Below, piece by piece: positions 13,187 through 25,744 of a stretch of 64,000 nucleotides of DNA. A program made the position numbers and the translations under genes. Where the stretch lies: NCBI GenBank assembly GCA_040954595.2, contig CM082592.2, positions 3,860,735-3,924,734 on the forward strand, given 5' to 3'. Under the pieces are notes generated by a model, which ran no database searches, was not told where the DNA came from, and worked only from the letters and a program-made list of their open reading frames with translations. The DNA comes from Balanoglossus misakiensis (taxonomy: Eukaryota > Animalia > Hemichordata). The number at the start of each line of letters is the position of its first letter. The first letter of the stretch is position 1.

Positions 13187-16100
13187 TTACAAGGCAAGCA
13201 TGATTGCCAGGGACATCAGCGACAGAAGGAACGCCGTACTCTTCTCGACTCTGTCGCCCTCACTTATTTCTACAAAACAAACAAAACAAATCGCCATGGT
13301 TAAATCCATTACGATGAATAACTTTAAGCTCTAAGAGCTTCCACTTGTTGCGTTATTTTCATGATTTTTCTTTCCAACATAGATTGGTCCATCTTAATAA
13401 GCTTACTGATAGGTATACTTGAACATCTTATCGACGCCCGATAGTGGATGTATGTTTAATATTTGAACAAGTGATATATTATACGGGTGCCGCACCCGTT
13501 TAATCGATCTCCACACAAAGAGTACCCAACTATCGTGGTATGCATCGCCAAGGGATGACAGTCTTGTGATGCAAATGCATGCACAGGTAATATGGATTAA
13601 TGGACAGGTGATGATTCTAAGGATAGGGAGAAGATTTGAAGTATTTCATTGCGGAGAAAATATTAAACTTGGCAGCTCATGAGGCTTTAAAGGGACAAAG
13701 TCTCTCTCTCTCGCTGTCCCATTTCCCATTAATTATGTTTGATACAAGACACCGTTTATGTTATTCTACATGTGGCTATATATATAGTGATTCAACGTTC
13801 AACCACACACAACTTCCACCCCCTTGTAGACACGAGAGTGAAAAACTCGCCAAAATGAATAATCGGTGTTTACCATTTATTCATTTTGGTGAGATTTTTA
13901 CTCCCATTTCCTACAAACAGGATGGAAGTTGTGTGTGGTCGAATGTTGATTCGCTATATATCCACGTGTAGAATAACATAAATGGTGTCTTGTATCAAAC
14001 ATAATTAATGGGAAAATGGCAGCGAGAGAGAGTTTTTGTCCCTTTAAAGGGTGGGTGTCGTCTCGTCTGCGGCTGCGGGTAAAGATCCCATGCATACAAC
14101 ATAGCTGTTAAAGATCATCCATATACCTGTGACTGGAGGAAACGAAACTGGGTCGCAGGAATCCGAACATTGACACGTCTCATACGTGTCGCATTCCACG
14201 GTGGCCAAACAGTTGCATTGTGGTATTTCTGACGGAGAAACATGGGAAAAATATAATTAGCCCTCATTTGAATTGCCATGACTATGATCGTTTAAGGATA
14301 TGGCGTCACCTGAACTAAAATAGAAAAAAAAATTACATAGACCGCGGAATGACAAAAAGCCCTCTCAGTAAAGTAATCTCAATGTGTATTGGATGAATAG
14401 CAAGGCTATCTTCCAGCCACATGAGAATTTTCCTCTGTATTGTATGTAAGTAAACTTATACACATCTCCATCGAACCCCGTTTTAAACGTGAAATAGCAA
14501 CATTACGTCTATATTAAGACATGTTTTTAACTTGTTTTGACCAAATATTACAATTCTACACAAAATATGCTATATTTACTTGTAATGTACCTCGTGTGCA
14601 AATTATCATGGCAGGGTCGGGGTAAAATTAACTCCACGGCAGTTATGAAATACCGATAGTAGTATATGTATTCTGCAAACTGCAAGTCAGCGCTGATTGG
14701 ACATGTGCTTACCTGTTTCACACTTGGCGCCCGTGTAACCTGCGGAACAGGTGCAAGATCCTTTGATACAGGCCCCGTCATTCATGCAATCGCCATAACT
14801 ATCTCCGCATCGCGTGTCTGAATAGTAATATATTCGAGAGTGAATCATGCATCGGACACCCGTGTATTAACTAATCTCGGGATAGTGAACTCTCACAAAG
14901 TCTCACAAAGTCAATGGAAGTTGTGTTGAACGTTGATTCACTATATATCCTCATGTGGGATAACATAAACGGCGTCTTGTATCAAACATAATTAGTGGAA
15001 AAAAGAGCAGCGAGAGAGAGAGACTTTGTACTCCCTTTAATTGGTCTCGGCTGTTCGTGTTCTGAGACAGGCATTAGCAACAGAACGCCAGCCAACAGCA
15101 GTGACCAAGCAATGACGCTGACTGCAGCTACAGCTAATTCGGATCAGATCGTGGTAGTGGTGACCAACTGCCGTGGACTGGCTGAATAACATGCGAGAAT
15201 GGACCACGCCAATAACATTCAACCGACACCATATTAAATTTGCGACAAACACAGAAAAAATACAAGCAGTCTATGGTCGGTCTGAGGATATCTAGTGACT
15301 AAATATGAGTGACGAAGACAGAAATTGAAGCTGGCCAATCAACTAACCTGTTTCGCAATGAGCGCCGGAAAAATTTGAATCACACACACATCTTGTGATT
15401 CCTTCATATTCTTGGCAAGTACCGCCATTCAGGCAGAGATTGGTACTATCATCACATGAAATTTCTGAAATGTCCCATTGGAGTTAATGATTACACGAAT
15501 ACTTGGCAAGTAAATTAAACATCACTCGCAAAATACCAATAACTTATGTGTATTTGTATAGTGTATGTGTTCGATGATTATGTGAACATTACAGTTTAAC
15601 TTTAATATTGATATTTTCAATTGTCGAAATTTAACTGTAACATTTTAATCACGGCGCTTTCCTCAGTAGTCATATAGGGCGATATTTTCTGCTGGCTTCA
15701 TGATTTTTTCCGATACATGATATTTGCAGTAACTTTAAAAACACAATTCATCTCAGTTGAATGTGATAAACTGATAAATTTATTTTACAAGCATTTACTG
15801 AATGATTGATTGATTTATGTGTTTGTTTATTCATTTACACCTGGACTCAATGGCAAGATATCTTTTCAACAAAATAATTGTACAATTTAAAGTTGAGATG
15901 CTCTTTCTTCGATTTTTGAAAAAAAAAACTTGCAACAAAAGAATATATTAAACATAAAACCACACAGAAATATAAATTCCGATGTTGGCATTGAGTTTGT
16001 TTTATGGAAGATTTTGCAATGGGAAGATGAATATTCCAAGGGTAAATACTGCCGACCCACTATAGCAGTAAGTGAACTTGAACACATTCTTACCGATTTC

Positions 16101-17445
16101 ACAGAAATACCCGCTGTATAGTTTAGAATCACACGCACAGTCCGTACCTCCACCAGTTTGGCACGATTGGTTGTTCAGGCATCCGTGTCCACAATCACTG
16201 GAAACTGAATAAAAAAAATCGCCGCTAAGACGCTATATTTATCTTATAGGCAGCCAAAGTGAAATCTTTAGAAACAGTACACCAAGCACATGGACTGAGT
16301 TGGTTTGGGCATAGACACCAGTACTGTCTACGGATTTGGTTGGGTTTGAATTAGACGGGTGTCTGGTTTGTAGAGGTCACTTTAAAGCCCCGTCATTCCA
16401 TCTTAGGGCTATTTTTCAGCATTATCGTTTTGTGTATCAACTATGGTTTCTTGTTCTACTCAGTGAAACATAACTCCTGGGCCCAGTATTTGTTTTTTTT
16501 TTTCAACAGAGCCTTTTGTGGTAATCAGAATTGTTATTGTTGAAAACTGAATTCAAGTCCGGACTCGAATTCATTTATCATAATAGCAATGTCCATTGCT
16601 CATGTACATGTGCAGGCTTTGTCGACAAACTAAAGACCGAATTTTTCATAAAGCTGTCCAGAATAGAACGGGAAAAAAAACACTTGATACACTTAGAGAG
16701 AGAAAATGGCGTTAATGGGGCTTTAACACAGTGTCGTATGTGAAGGGAACTGAAAAAGGCACTCGACGCAGGTTTTCCATTATTCATTTTAGACAGATTT
16801 GATTTTATTACTTGTAGGCGGTTACAGGCAAAACACCGCCATTTGATTTATTCGTCATTGTTTGTTGCGGGCAGTTGACAGCCTACGCGACTAGCAACAG
16901 ATATTGACCTTCGATAGGCAAAATGCGGAGGCCGAAAAAAACGATGATGTAATGTGAGTTTTGTAGCCTGACAGTATAAAGAACTACTATTAGTATTATG
17001 AATTTGATGGTAAGAGATTGTGGAAATTTCTCTGTGAGAAGGAAATACGTAAAGCTGGTGAGTTAGGTGGGCACGCAACAGTAGGCCATGTTCACTGAAT
17101 AAAACACGTATATGGAATGTTTGCATGTTGTTTTAATGAGTCATTTCGCTAAACATACCCAACGTACGCTCCTGTCAGGTCTGCGTTTCGCCTGGATTCT
17201 GTATGTATATGATGATCCATTCCGCACCATCATAAACAAACTAAGCCGACGAGTGTTCTGATGGGGACAGGACTGCATGAACAGTCTAGTTCTAGTTTTG
17301 ACATATTAAAAATCAAGACTATAGTCACACAACACTCACCTGTGGAGAGTTCAACGGTTGTCACGTTATCAGGCGATGTAGTCGTTGTAGCAACAATGGT
17401 ACCAGAAAAGGTGGCAACACACAACATAAAGACCAATCCAAACAT
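13187..17445 (-). CDS. Cell-surface EGF-repeat protein A, 134 aa: signal peptide, Thr-rich linker, 2 EGF domains, GPI-type hydrophobic C-terminus
   Basis: Exons 17445-17340 (MFGLVFMLCVATFSGTIVATTTTSPDNVTTVELST), 16204-16094 (CGHGCLNNQSC...CACDSKLYSGYFCE), 14817-14713 (CGDSYGDCMNDGACIKGSCTCSAGYTGAKCE), 13269-13187 (EISEGDRVEKSTAFLLSLMSLAIMLAL*). All introns phase 1, GT-AG; 405 nt. Confidence 0.82.
13691..14043. mobile_element. Non-autonomous DNA transposon (MITE) with long TIRs and TTAA target duplication, Kolobok/piggyBac-like
   Basis: TTAA|AGGGACAAA...TTTGTCCCT|TTAA with >120-bp inverted arms (CCATTAATTATGTTTGATACAAGACACC...CACACACAACTTCCA). Further half-copies at ~14915-15040 and ~23645-23810. 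Confidence 0.75.
14915..15040 (-). mobile_element. Partial copy (one arm) of the TTAA MITE at 13691-14043
   Basis: TGGAAGTTGTGT...TCTTGTATCAAACATAATTA...GCAGCGAGAGAGAG...CCCTTTAA. Confidence 0.7.
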
Positions 17446-17829
17446 CTTGATTCGACGTTCAATCAACGAATCGGTACTTGTCTGAGGACACTAATAGAGA
17501 TCTCGGACGACTTCAAACAGAAAGCTAAATCGGATTGGCCTTATTATTCCGCTCAGAGGATAGGAAACCGCAGTTGTTCGCACGCGTCTCTATGATTCGA
17601 ATAGGCGAGACACTTTCGAGTGTCCCTTGTCACGTAAATTTTGTCAGCCTTGTCAACATTAAATATTTGCCTTGTCTGTGACTGAAGCTACCATCAATCA
17701 TCTAATGTCACCGTGAAACCAAATGGCCTGCGAGGTATTATGTTAAATTTGTATGGATTAATATTATTTATTGGCTAACCCTGATGTATTACATTGCACA
17801 ATCATTCGTTTGTTCTATCATTCGCGCGT

Positions 17830-17938
17830 TCGTTCATTCATTCGTTCGTTCATTCATTCATTCATTCATTCATTCATTCATTCACTCAATCACTCACTCA
17901 TTCATTCATTCATTCATTCATTCATTCATTCATTCATT
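17830..17938. repeat. (TTCA)n microsatellite
   Basis: Direct tetranucleotide run. Confidence 0.95.
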
Positions 17939-19248
17939 CGCTGATCAACAAAAACTCAAAACATATCACAACATTTTGACAATTATTCCTGCCCCAAATT
18001 CTACACGCAAGTTCTGGTTACAAAAGCGACCCCTTTGCCCTTTTCAAGATACCTCGTTAATATTAGATATGACAGCTTCAAGGAGGAAATGACCAAGGTC
18101 GCCCCACTTTGACCATCTGTCAAGTTTGTGTGGAAAACAAGGGACCAGTAATTATCAACTGATTTGGGGTTTTCTGACACGGCCATCGTTACACATCATA
18201 TATTCCTGCACTCCCCACGCCAAATTGCCCAAGATAACCCCGACCCAACAATATCAATATAATCAGGTTATTATATTTATATTCAACACGAAACACATAT
18301 TTCTTGGTTGTATTGACAGCGCACAGACCACAATCTGCGCATGTGTTATTATCAGTCATGCTCTTTGCCATGTTGTCTTTCGGGGCTCGGCATGTGTGAG
18401 AATTTTGTCCGATGTTTTTGGCTTTCCAAATGTGCCGCGATAGACCACGGTTAATTAAATTTGGTTCTGTCAGCACAAGTACACACACTTGGTACCTCCA
18501 TGCTTTAACTCTGACCATAGTACCTCCATGGTTGAAGTGAGCGAAATACGACTCTTTCTTGTGAAAAAAGGATAGATACAGCTCCTATACGGCCCACCCT
18601 TGAGTAGTTCTAGAAACATCCCTTCCGCTCTTCCAGGGCCGTATGTCGCATAATTTTTTTGAGACTACAAACGAATCAGAGGTGAGTTGTGTAAGACTAG
18701 TGAGCTCTCCTTTTACCTAACTGTGTGACACGGTTTTTGGCGGGGTCATCCTGGAAGACGGACAGTCATTGTGAAAATTGACATAAAACATGGATGCGGT
18801 TGGCAAGCTTCAGTCAAAACTGGCCCTACACTGCGTGCGCCTTGTGGGCGGTTTAATCTGTGTCACTGATGACAGAGTCTCAACAACATGAATGACTCGC
18901 ATACCGGGCTGTCATATGAGCGACACATTCCTTTTCTACCAGCATACTATATGTATATCATGACGCTGCTGTACTTGTGTAAACTAAAGTTTGACATCAA
19001 GTTCCAACGTTTCATTTACGGCCTCATCAGCTGCAACATCAGTTCCCAGACATTTTGATAGGGACAAGCTGTGAAATGGCCGCGTGACAAAAGAAAGATT
19101 CGGTCATCAGCAACCCATCGCCGTTAGTGTAATCAACAAGTATCGTTTATCAGCTATGTATATATATATAAAGGTGTATCACGCTAAATTTCTGATTGGC
19201 TTCTGTGTAATATTGTGTGCTGTAAACCAGCCAAAACTCTGTGGAAAC

Positions 19249-19356
19249 GTGGAAACGCAGCTGTTCCGCCGGGGCGAGAGGATATGCTAATTCCCCGCGG
19301 ACAATTAGCATATTCCCTACCCCCCCCCCCCCCCGGCGGAACAGCTGCGTTTCCAC
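19249..19356. repeat. Short fold-back element with 26-bp perfect outer arms and an inner ATATGCTAATT/AATTAGCATAT pair
   Basis: GTGGAAACGCAGCTGTTCCGCCGGGG ... CCCCGGCGGAACAGCTGCGTTTCCAC. Confidence 0.8.
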
Positions 19357-19879
19357 TGCTACCAAAATCCACAATTAGAGCAGTACTCAACTTCACTGCG
19401 ACTGCTTCCTCACGTCAACGCATAATTTCTCTACTGACAAGTCACCACCAGACGAGAATAAGCGATAAAAATCGACGTATTTATTTTTGAAACAAGAGTG
19501 CGAAAATGAGATGTTTTTACAGCATTCAAAATACAATAAAAATCTTTACAATGTCAAATAGTGAAATTGATGATCGCAGTCACACTCTTAGAGTCTTACG
19601 AGAATAACATTTCCTAATGTCATTTTTTGATAACGTTGTGTGTAGCTTCTACATTGGCGTGTTCTGTGCGTGTTTTTACGACATCTTGCTCTATTCTTGG
19701 GCAACTTTGGCCTGAGCACCAATAAAATAGTTATGGTCGAATGCTTGGCTTTAGCGTACAACTACTCGGACAATATCGTCATAAATTGGATATTAAAAAC
19801 CGGCCACAATCTATTCGCTTCACGCAGCTTCTGCAAGTGGGGTCGGGTAACGATTTCTCCATCCGTCTTTTCCGCCATG

Positions 19880-20653
19880 TTAGCCTTGCCTTCTATCGTC
19901 TCTCGGATCATCTCGCGAATCGTATCTGTCGTCGTCTCGCGAATCGTATCTGCCGTCGTCTCGCGAATCGTATCTGCCGTCGTCTCGAGAATCGTTGCCC
20001 CTCGAATTATCGTCGACGGCGGGTCTATTGGTACTAGGTCCTGGCCCAACAGCAACACCGCAGCCGGCCTTGCATCCGTAGACTTCAAAATCAGGGTACG
20101 CCTGCAGCTTGCATTCGACGCACCCATAACCGCATCCGGAGCAGCTGCCGAAAGTGTAAGTTCCCGCGGACGACGTCGTCTTCGTCAGTCGGCCCTCGCA
20201 TTTCTTATCACACTGAAAATAAAACCATGGCCGTATACAGTGTCAAAGCTCATGCAAATTCGCCACATTTTAGTTCATGCTGCATGACCAATTCAAATTA
20301 TAATAATTGCATTATGGGTAAAGAAAGTTGGCGTTTTCGACTTTGTTATTTTTTCTGCTACAAAATTTCGCTCGTGAACTTACTTTTGTTTAAAATAGCT
20401 GAAATCCGTTGATCACATGAGTCTCAGATTTGCTATCACACACCTTGGCTAAAACTTTTTTTCAATTAAAGCAGCGAGAAATATTTTTGATTAACAGATA
20501 ATGTAATTATACAACGTGTGGTGTGGCAGTTGCATATGTACTCACCGCAGGACGCTGGGGAACTTGTGTACCACCGATATGGAAACACTCGCCTTTTTCC
20601 ACAAGAAGGCAAACAGTGACGGCGACGAAGGACAGAATTACGTATTTCATCAT
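19880..20653 (-). CDS. Secreted Cys-rich peptide precursor, 146 aa, with 8-Cys domain and a YDSRDD(G/D/P)R-repeat charged tail
   Basis: Coding exon 20653-20546 (MMKYVILSFVAVTVCLLVEKGECFHIGGTQVPQRPA|GTGAGT) splices phase 0 to exon 20212-19880 (TTTTATTTTCAG|CDKKC...CSGCGYGCVEC...CKAGC...NDSRDDGRYDSRDDGRYDSRDDDRYDSRDDPRDDRRQG*). Probable non-coding exon ends at donor 21064, with a TATA box upstream. Not in the ORF track. Confidence 0.82.
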
Positions 20654-21146
20654 GATTATACCTGGTTGAGAAGGACATTGATAATTCGGTAAAATCTAAA
20701 GATTCTGCATACAAATACTAGCAGTATAATTCTATGTCAGTCAGTTTTCATCGATGCTGTAATTCTTATAATGTCTTCATTTCGTTGAAATACAAGAATA
20801 AGATTACGTCATAAATAAATGCAAAATTTAACCTAATCGCATCCATGAATGACTGCAGGAATCCGACGTTAGTGGCAAATGATATTTTCCGATACAAATA
20901 CATGTACATGGGAAATACAATTCCGTACAATGCAATACAATCCATCAATCGAATCAATTCAAATTGAATTCAATTCAATCAAACCAAACCCAAAGAACAA
21001 TAAACTCGATCAAACGTAATATAACGCCAGGCAAAGACATGTATCAGAGACCAACGATCTTACCTATATCTCTTGCGCGGTGTGTCAAATTCTCAATCTC
21101 TCGGTCTCGAACGATGCCAAGCTAATGTGTACTGAGTGTCCTGCCG

Positions 21147-21154
21147 TATTTATA
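21147..21154 (-). promoter_or_regulatory. TATA box (TATAAATA) of the secreted peptide gene
   Basis: Perfect TATAAATA on the minus strand ~85 nt upstream of a G|GTAAGA donor (21064) that can splice to the CAG acceptor at 20664-20662 just before the ATG. Confidence 0.55.
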
Positions 21155-22111
21155 CACATTTTGAGATAGCTCCTCCTGGCACAGCCACAGGTGACAATTG
21201 CCGTGGGTCATCAGCATGCGGTCACTTTCCCGGAGACGGTCCCGGAACTCGTGTTGTCATCCGGGTAACATTAGGTCATGCCTACCTCTTCAATTTCACT
21301 TTTCTTCTGGTATCCGTTTTTGTTGTTTGCTACGTCGTTGGTGTATTTAGTAAGCAGTGACTATATCCTTTCAATATTCAAGTTATTTTTGTTAGTAATT
21401 ATGTGTTTTGCTGCTCTGTCCTGGAAGCATGCTGGCTAACTCCCAGGTTCACTGCGCATGACTGTGACAAGGACGTTCATCGTAAAATAGGCGTTGTATG
21501 GCGTTCGCTCTCTGTACAGACGTAGAACGCAGGTGAATGAACTTTACATGTATTCAATTTATAAATTATCTGAGATTAACCGCACAGGATAGTTAGCAAA
21601 AGTCCTATACATTACTTTAATTACACTGTTCTTTATTTTTTTCTAAGTGGTTTAAATAGAAAGTTTACTCCTTGATTATATTTTGCAGTAGAGGAACATG
21701 GCCGGAAATAAAGAAATAATATTTTTTTCCCTGCGTGATGGCGACAATAATGTCTGTACTTGGTGTATGTCATTCTGCCCACTATTTCTCGAAATAAACC
21801 CACAGAAAATTACTAGCCCACATAAGCAGAAACTGGCGCAAGACGTTACCAGCGTTTCTCCAGGCCCTTTGGTGTTAATATGTGATATAATACACACAGC
21901 ATTCCGTGGCCGAGGAGAAAGTGGTATATAGCTCAGACAATAAATACACACGATACACATAAATAAATTTAAATACTCTGAAAAGTGAAAGGACGATTAA
22001 AAAATATATAGATTGTGGAATGAAAAAGAATTAGCAATCAATGCGAATCATAAAATTGTTGCCGTAATTTCATGCATGCTGTGATGTATTTTGCGGATCC
22101 GTTTTCATTCG

Positions 22112-22446
22112 TGGGCATGCGCAGTATGACTAGGCACTGCAGAGTATTTGTTGAATAACGTATCGGACGCTAAATTAATAGGCAGCGAACCCGGACGCAA
22201 TTTTCCTCTGTGTCCGGTCTTTATTGTCAGGTACTGGTATTTGGGTGTGCATTATGTCACCGAATGTGGACAATATTCTTGGGCATGCGCAGTATGACGA
22301 GGCCCTGAATAGTATAAATTTTGTTGAATAACGTATCGGACGCTAAATTAATAGGCAGCGAACCCGGACGCAATTTTCCTCTGTGTCCGGCCTTTATTGT
22401 GGTACTGGTATTTGAGTGTGCATTATGTCACCGAACGTGGACAATA
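22112..22446. repeat. Tandem duplication, 2 x ~168 bp
   Basis: TGGGCATGCGCAGTATGAC...TTGTTGAATAACGTATCGGACGCTAAATTAATAGGCAGCGAACCCGGACGC...TGGACAATA occurs at 22112 and 22280. Confidence 0.9.
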
Positions 22447-23149
22447 GAACAATGTGCACGAGGGGAAAATAAGCAAGGAGCCGGGGACAGTCAGAGGCAG
22501 GTACGGGGATGCAAAGAAACGAAGGATGACGTAAGATGTAGTGACGTCGTACGTTGACATTGTAATTATCTGTCACCTATCATATTTCTTCACATGGAAC
22601 ATTGATATTTCATAGAGTTGTACAAATTTCAAAAGGACTGACTCGTTTGCTTTGTTGAACTAAACCACAGTCCCCCAAGACGTTGACATACATGTACACG
22701 TATTTGCTTTAAACTCAGTATTACACACCTCTTTCACCAACGCCAAACGCGTTTGTCAATTCAACCAGTTTCAAAATTATTGTACATGAAAATAAATCTG
22801 CATTGTCTTGGTCACTGTGTAAATGATCATAAGGGCTTATAAAATTACATAACATGTTGAAAATACTGAACGACGAAGGATCAATCGATAATGTAACGCT
22901 AGAACTCGAGTGCTCTTCACACGCCACCAATATTATGATCACTTGCCAGACCCTCGAACCGGCTCTTCACAGCGAAGCGTCACTGAGACAGGAACCGCAC
23001 AGAGGCTGCGAAGGTCTAATTCTACGGCATACAAAGTAACAAGTCGAAGGGTGTGATAACGTCAAGTAATGTACTTAAAAACCGCACAGTGCGCAAGTGA
23101 AATTTTAACATTTGATGTTCCATCTCATATTCCGAATGTATGTGTGTCT

Positions 23150-23175
23150 GTCTCTCTGTCTCTGTCTGTCTGTCT

Positions 23176-23247
<72 letters not shown>

Positions 23248-23305
23248 CTCTCTCGGTCTCTCTCCCTCTCCCCCTCTCTCTTACTCTCTCTCTCTCTCTC
23301 TCTCT
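23150..23305. repeat. (CT)n microsatellite
   Basis: Direct dinucleotide run. Confidence 0.95.
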
Positions 23306-23644
23306 TAACAAAGGTAACTGATTAATGTTGCCGTATTCTTGTTAGACTGATCGGACTGTGCGGTAGACGTAATCAGTATCCTTTGTCCTTTCAACACCGC
23401 TTTGAAAATACTCTACGTATCCGTGAGAAACCCGGATGAGTATTGTTCCCAATGTCCGGCCATCGGCGTGTTGCCTGGATGAAGTATTTATTCCGTCATC
23501 CGGGGTAGACAATGAGAGACAGTCTGTGCAAAGCAGCAGAGTAGGACAGACGAAGGATCTATATTTGACAAGCGGCTTTCTTGGTGCGTTGACTGCACTG
23601 AGCCATCTCAGTGTGCAATCCATAAAGTGTCACTTGCATGAACA

Positions 23645-23810
23645 TTAAAGCGACAACTTCTCTCTCTCGCTGCCCTTTTTTCCGTTAATTATGTTTGATA
23701 CAAGACACCGATTGTGTTATTCTACATGTGGATATATTATAGTGAATGAACGTTCAACCACACACAACTTCCATCCCGCTTGTTTGATATGAGAGTAAAA
23801 TGTCGCCCAA
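23645..23810 (+). mobile_element. Partial copy of the TTAA MITE family
   Basis: TCTCTCTCGCTGCCC...TTAATTATGTTTGATACAAGACACCG...CAACCACACAACTTCCATCC matches 13691-13830. Confidence 0.7.
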
Positions 23811-24116
23811 AATCAATGAATAATGAATAAATGGTAAAGGACCGATTATTCATTTTGGCTCACTGCGAGATTTCGCGGGTTGCTGGCCATGTCATGTTTT
23901 GTATGATGCAAGAATCGGTGCCGAGTTCAACAACAAAAAATTGTAGCTTATGTGTTCTATGTATAGGATTTGCCATGTGTAATTTGTTTTATTACATGGG
24001 AATGTCGCCCAATAAAAAAAAAATCTTATCAAAAATGTCATCATTTTTAGGGGAAAATAAACATCCGTGAAAAAATTAGTGGAAAATGGTTTTGCAGATT
24101 TGGGAAAAGTTAGGGA

Positions 24117-24189
24117 AGCCCCCTGTGAGATTCGAACTCACGACCCCTGGTTTACAAGACCAGTGCTCTAACCACTGAGCTAAGGAGGC
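24117..24189 (-). tRNA. tRNA-Thr(UGU)
   Basis: GCCTCCTTAGCTCAGTGGTTAGAGCACTGGTCTTGTAAACCAGGGGTCGTGAGTTCGAATCTCACAGGGGGCT: acceptor stem GCCTCCT/AGGGGGC, anticodon stem CTGGT/ACCAG with TGT, T-loop GTTCGAAT, and a T4 pol III terminator ~10 nt downstream. Confidence 0.95.
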
Positions 24190-24313
24190 TTTACATACTA
24201 CCTTTATCTTTACACTTTATTTCGAAACTAGAGGTGACTTTTCCTTGCGTTGTCACTGCTGCTGGCCTTCAAACAGTGAATTCTGCTCCGATGAATAATG
24301 AGGTTTTTAGACC

Positions 24314-24530
24314 TTAGAGAAAAACCATGTGATTTCTAGGGGGTGGGGGATTTGGGTATGTCGGGAATCGTTTTTTCGGCCATAGGTATAACATTTTTTT
24401 TCTATTGCCGACCCTTACTTTTTTCCCAAGGCGCTACAGACTGAAAGACAATACCCCCACTCCGCGCCCTCTGCTAACAACCCCCCGCCACCGGATCCCC
24501 CACCCCCAGAAATCAAATGGTTCTCCCTTA
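24314..24530. mobile_element. Degenerate MITE with terminal inverted repeats
   Basis: AACCATGTGATTTCTAGGGG ... CCCCAGAAATCAAATGGTTCTCCCTTA; a related right end is at ~8370-8406. Confidence 0.5.
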
Positions 24531-25460
24531 CTATGTGTTACCTGTTACTTTTCTTCGCGTGTGCCACCCACTGAAAATCTGTGATTGGCTAAATCTACAT
24601 TTTCATAAGTGACCGTATACCTTTAAGGTGCGGCAGTTGTAAGTCCCTGGCTGTCGCGTGATTTGCCATTGATATTGACCTTTCCATCGAAATATCATCA
24701 GTTCATCTCTTCAGAGATATGTTATGGATTAATCCCGGCGCACTGCCTTTGGAAATATTACTATTTTGGAGGGTGGGTTGGGTAGACCAAATTCAAGTGC
24801 TTTGTAATGTGCCGCGCGTCATTGTAAAGATCCGCTCACTCGACAAAGAACCCAGCGAGAACGAACAATCGATTCGCTGGAAGCGGTCATACAAGATTCG
24901 CAAGTCGTGAATTATTCACTTGTTGAAAATCTGAGTTGTACTTTCGTTGTTAGTTGTATAAAAACTTGCCTGTTGCGACGCTTCGGCAAGCCTACTGCTC
25001 TAGTTGTGGTCCGAAACCATCATCACCGTAACCGAAAAAAGATATATAGACAAGCTATAGGCCTACAAGGGATATCGGATTGCTTGTGAAAATTAAGAAG
25101 CCGAAAACCCTTCGGGGGTATTCATAACTTATTAATCATTTAATATCAATCCTCATCTTAACTCCGTAGGGCATGAACACCCCCATTTAATGGCGGTCAA
25201 CTTACAACAGCGGGGATTTACAAATGCAATCATACTGGTACTATACTACAGTAACTGTAACAGCATCAAACAGGTTGATTTTTCTGGAATATTGCAAGAA
25301 ATTATTTAGAAGTTAAGTTATTTTTCTATTTTAATCAAACACCAATGAATACCAATTGTTTGTTATCATTAACCTATAAAATTTATTCTGTAACTCATAT
25401 TTTATTCATATCATAATCGGGCTTACTCATCCGCACACGTCTTGATTGAAGTCAGAATTA

Positions 25461-25744
25461 GGCCAAAAAATAATATGTGCTGTTCCGATTACATGGTTTT
25501 AAAAAATAGGGTAGGTAGGCAGGGATTTTTTTTATTTTTCATTTTTTTTTATTTCTCTGGCCGCCGTAGTGTAGAAGAATGACGTCATAGTTCTTGCGTG
25601 ATTCGCGCAATGTTAATAAATTTTGTATATTTGACATCGTTATTTTTACTTCCGGGTTTTCGAAGCTTTAAAAAGTTTAGAGTCGGCGGGTTAAAATAAG
25701 ATAGGTCGGGTAATCGGAACAGCACATATTTTTTTCTTTTGGCC
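25461..25744. mobile_element. MITE with ~30-bp terminal inverted repeats
   Basis: GGCCAAAAAATAATATGTGCTGTTCCGATTAC ... GTAATCGGAACAGCACATATTTTTTCTTTTGGCC. Confidence 0.65.

Noticed and set aside
19912-19995. 24-bp direct repeats as a possible CRISPR array
   Set aside because: Contiguous tandem units without spacers, inside a eukaryotic coding exon
19670-20287. ORF-track proteins of 205 aa (+) and 121 aa (-) with SRIVSAVV / TIRETTAD repeats
   Set aside because: Shadow frames of the 24-bp repeat. The frame with a proper acceptor, signal-peptide exon and paired cysteines is a different minus-strand frame.
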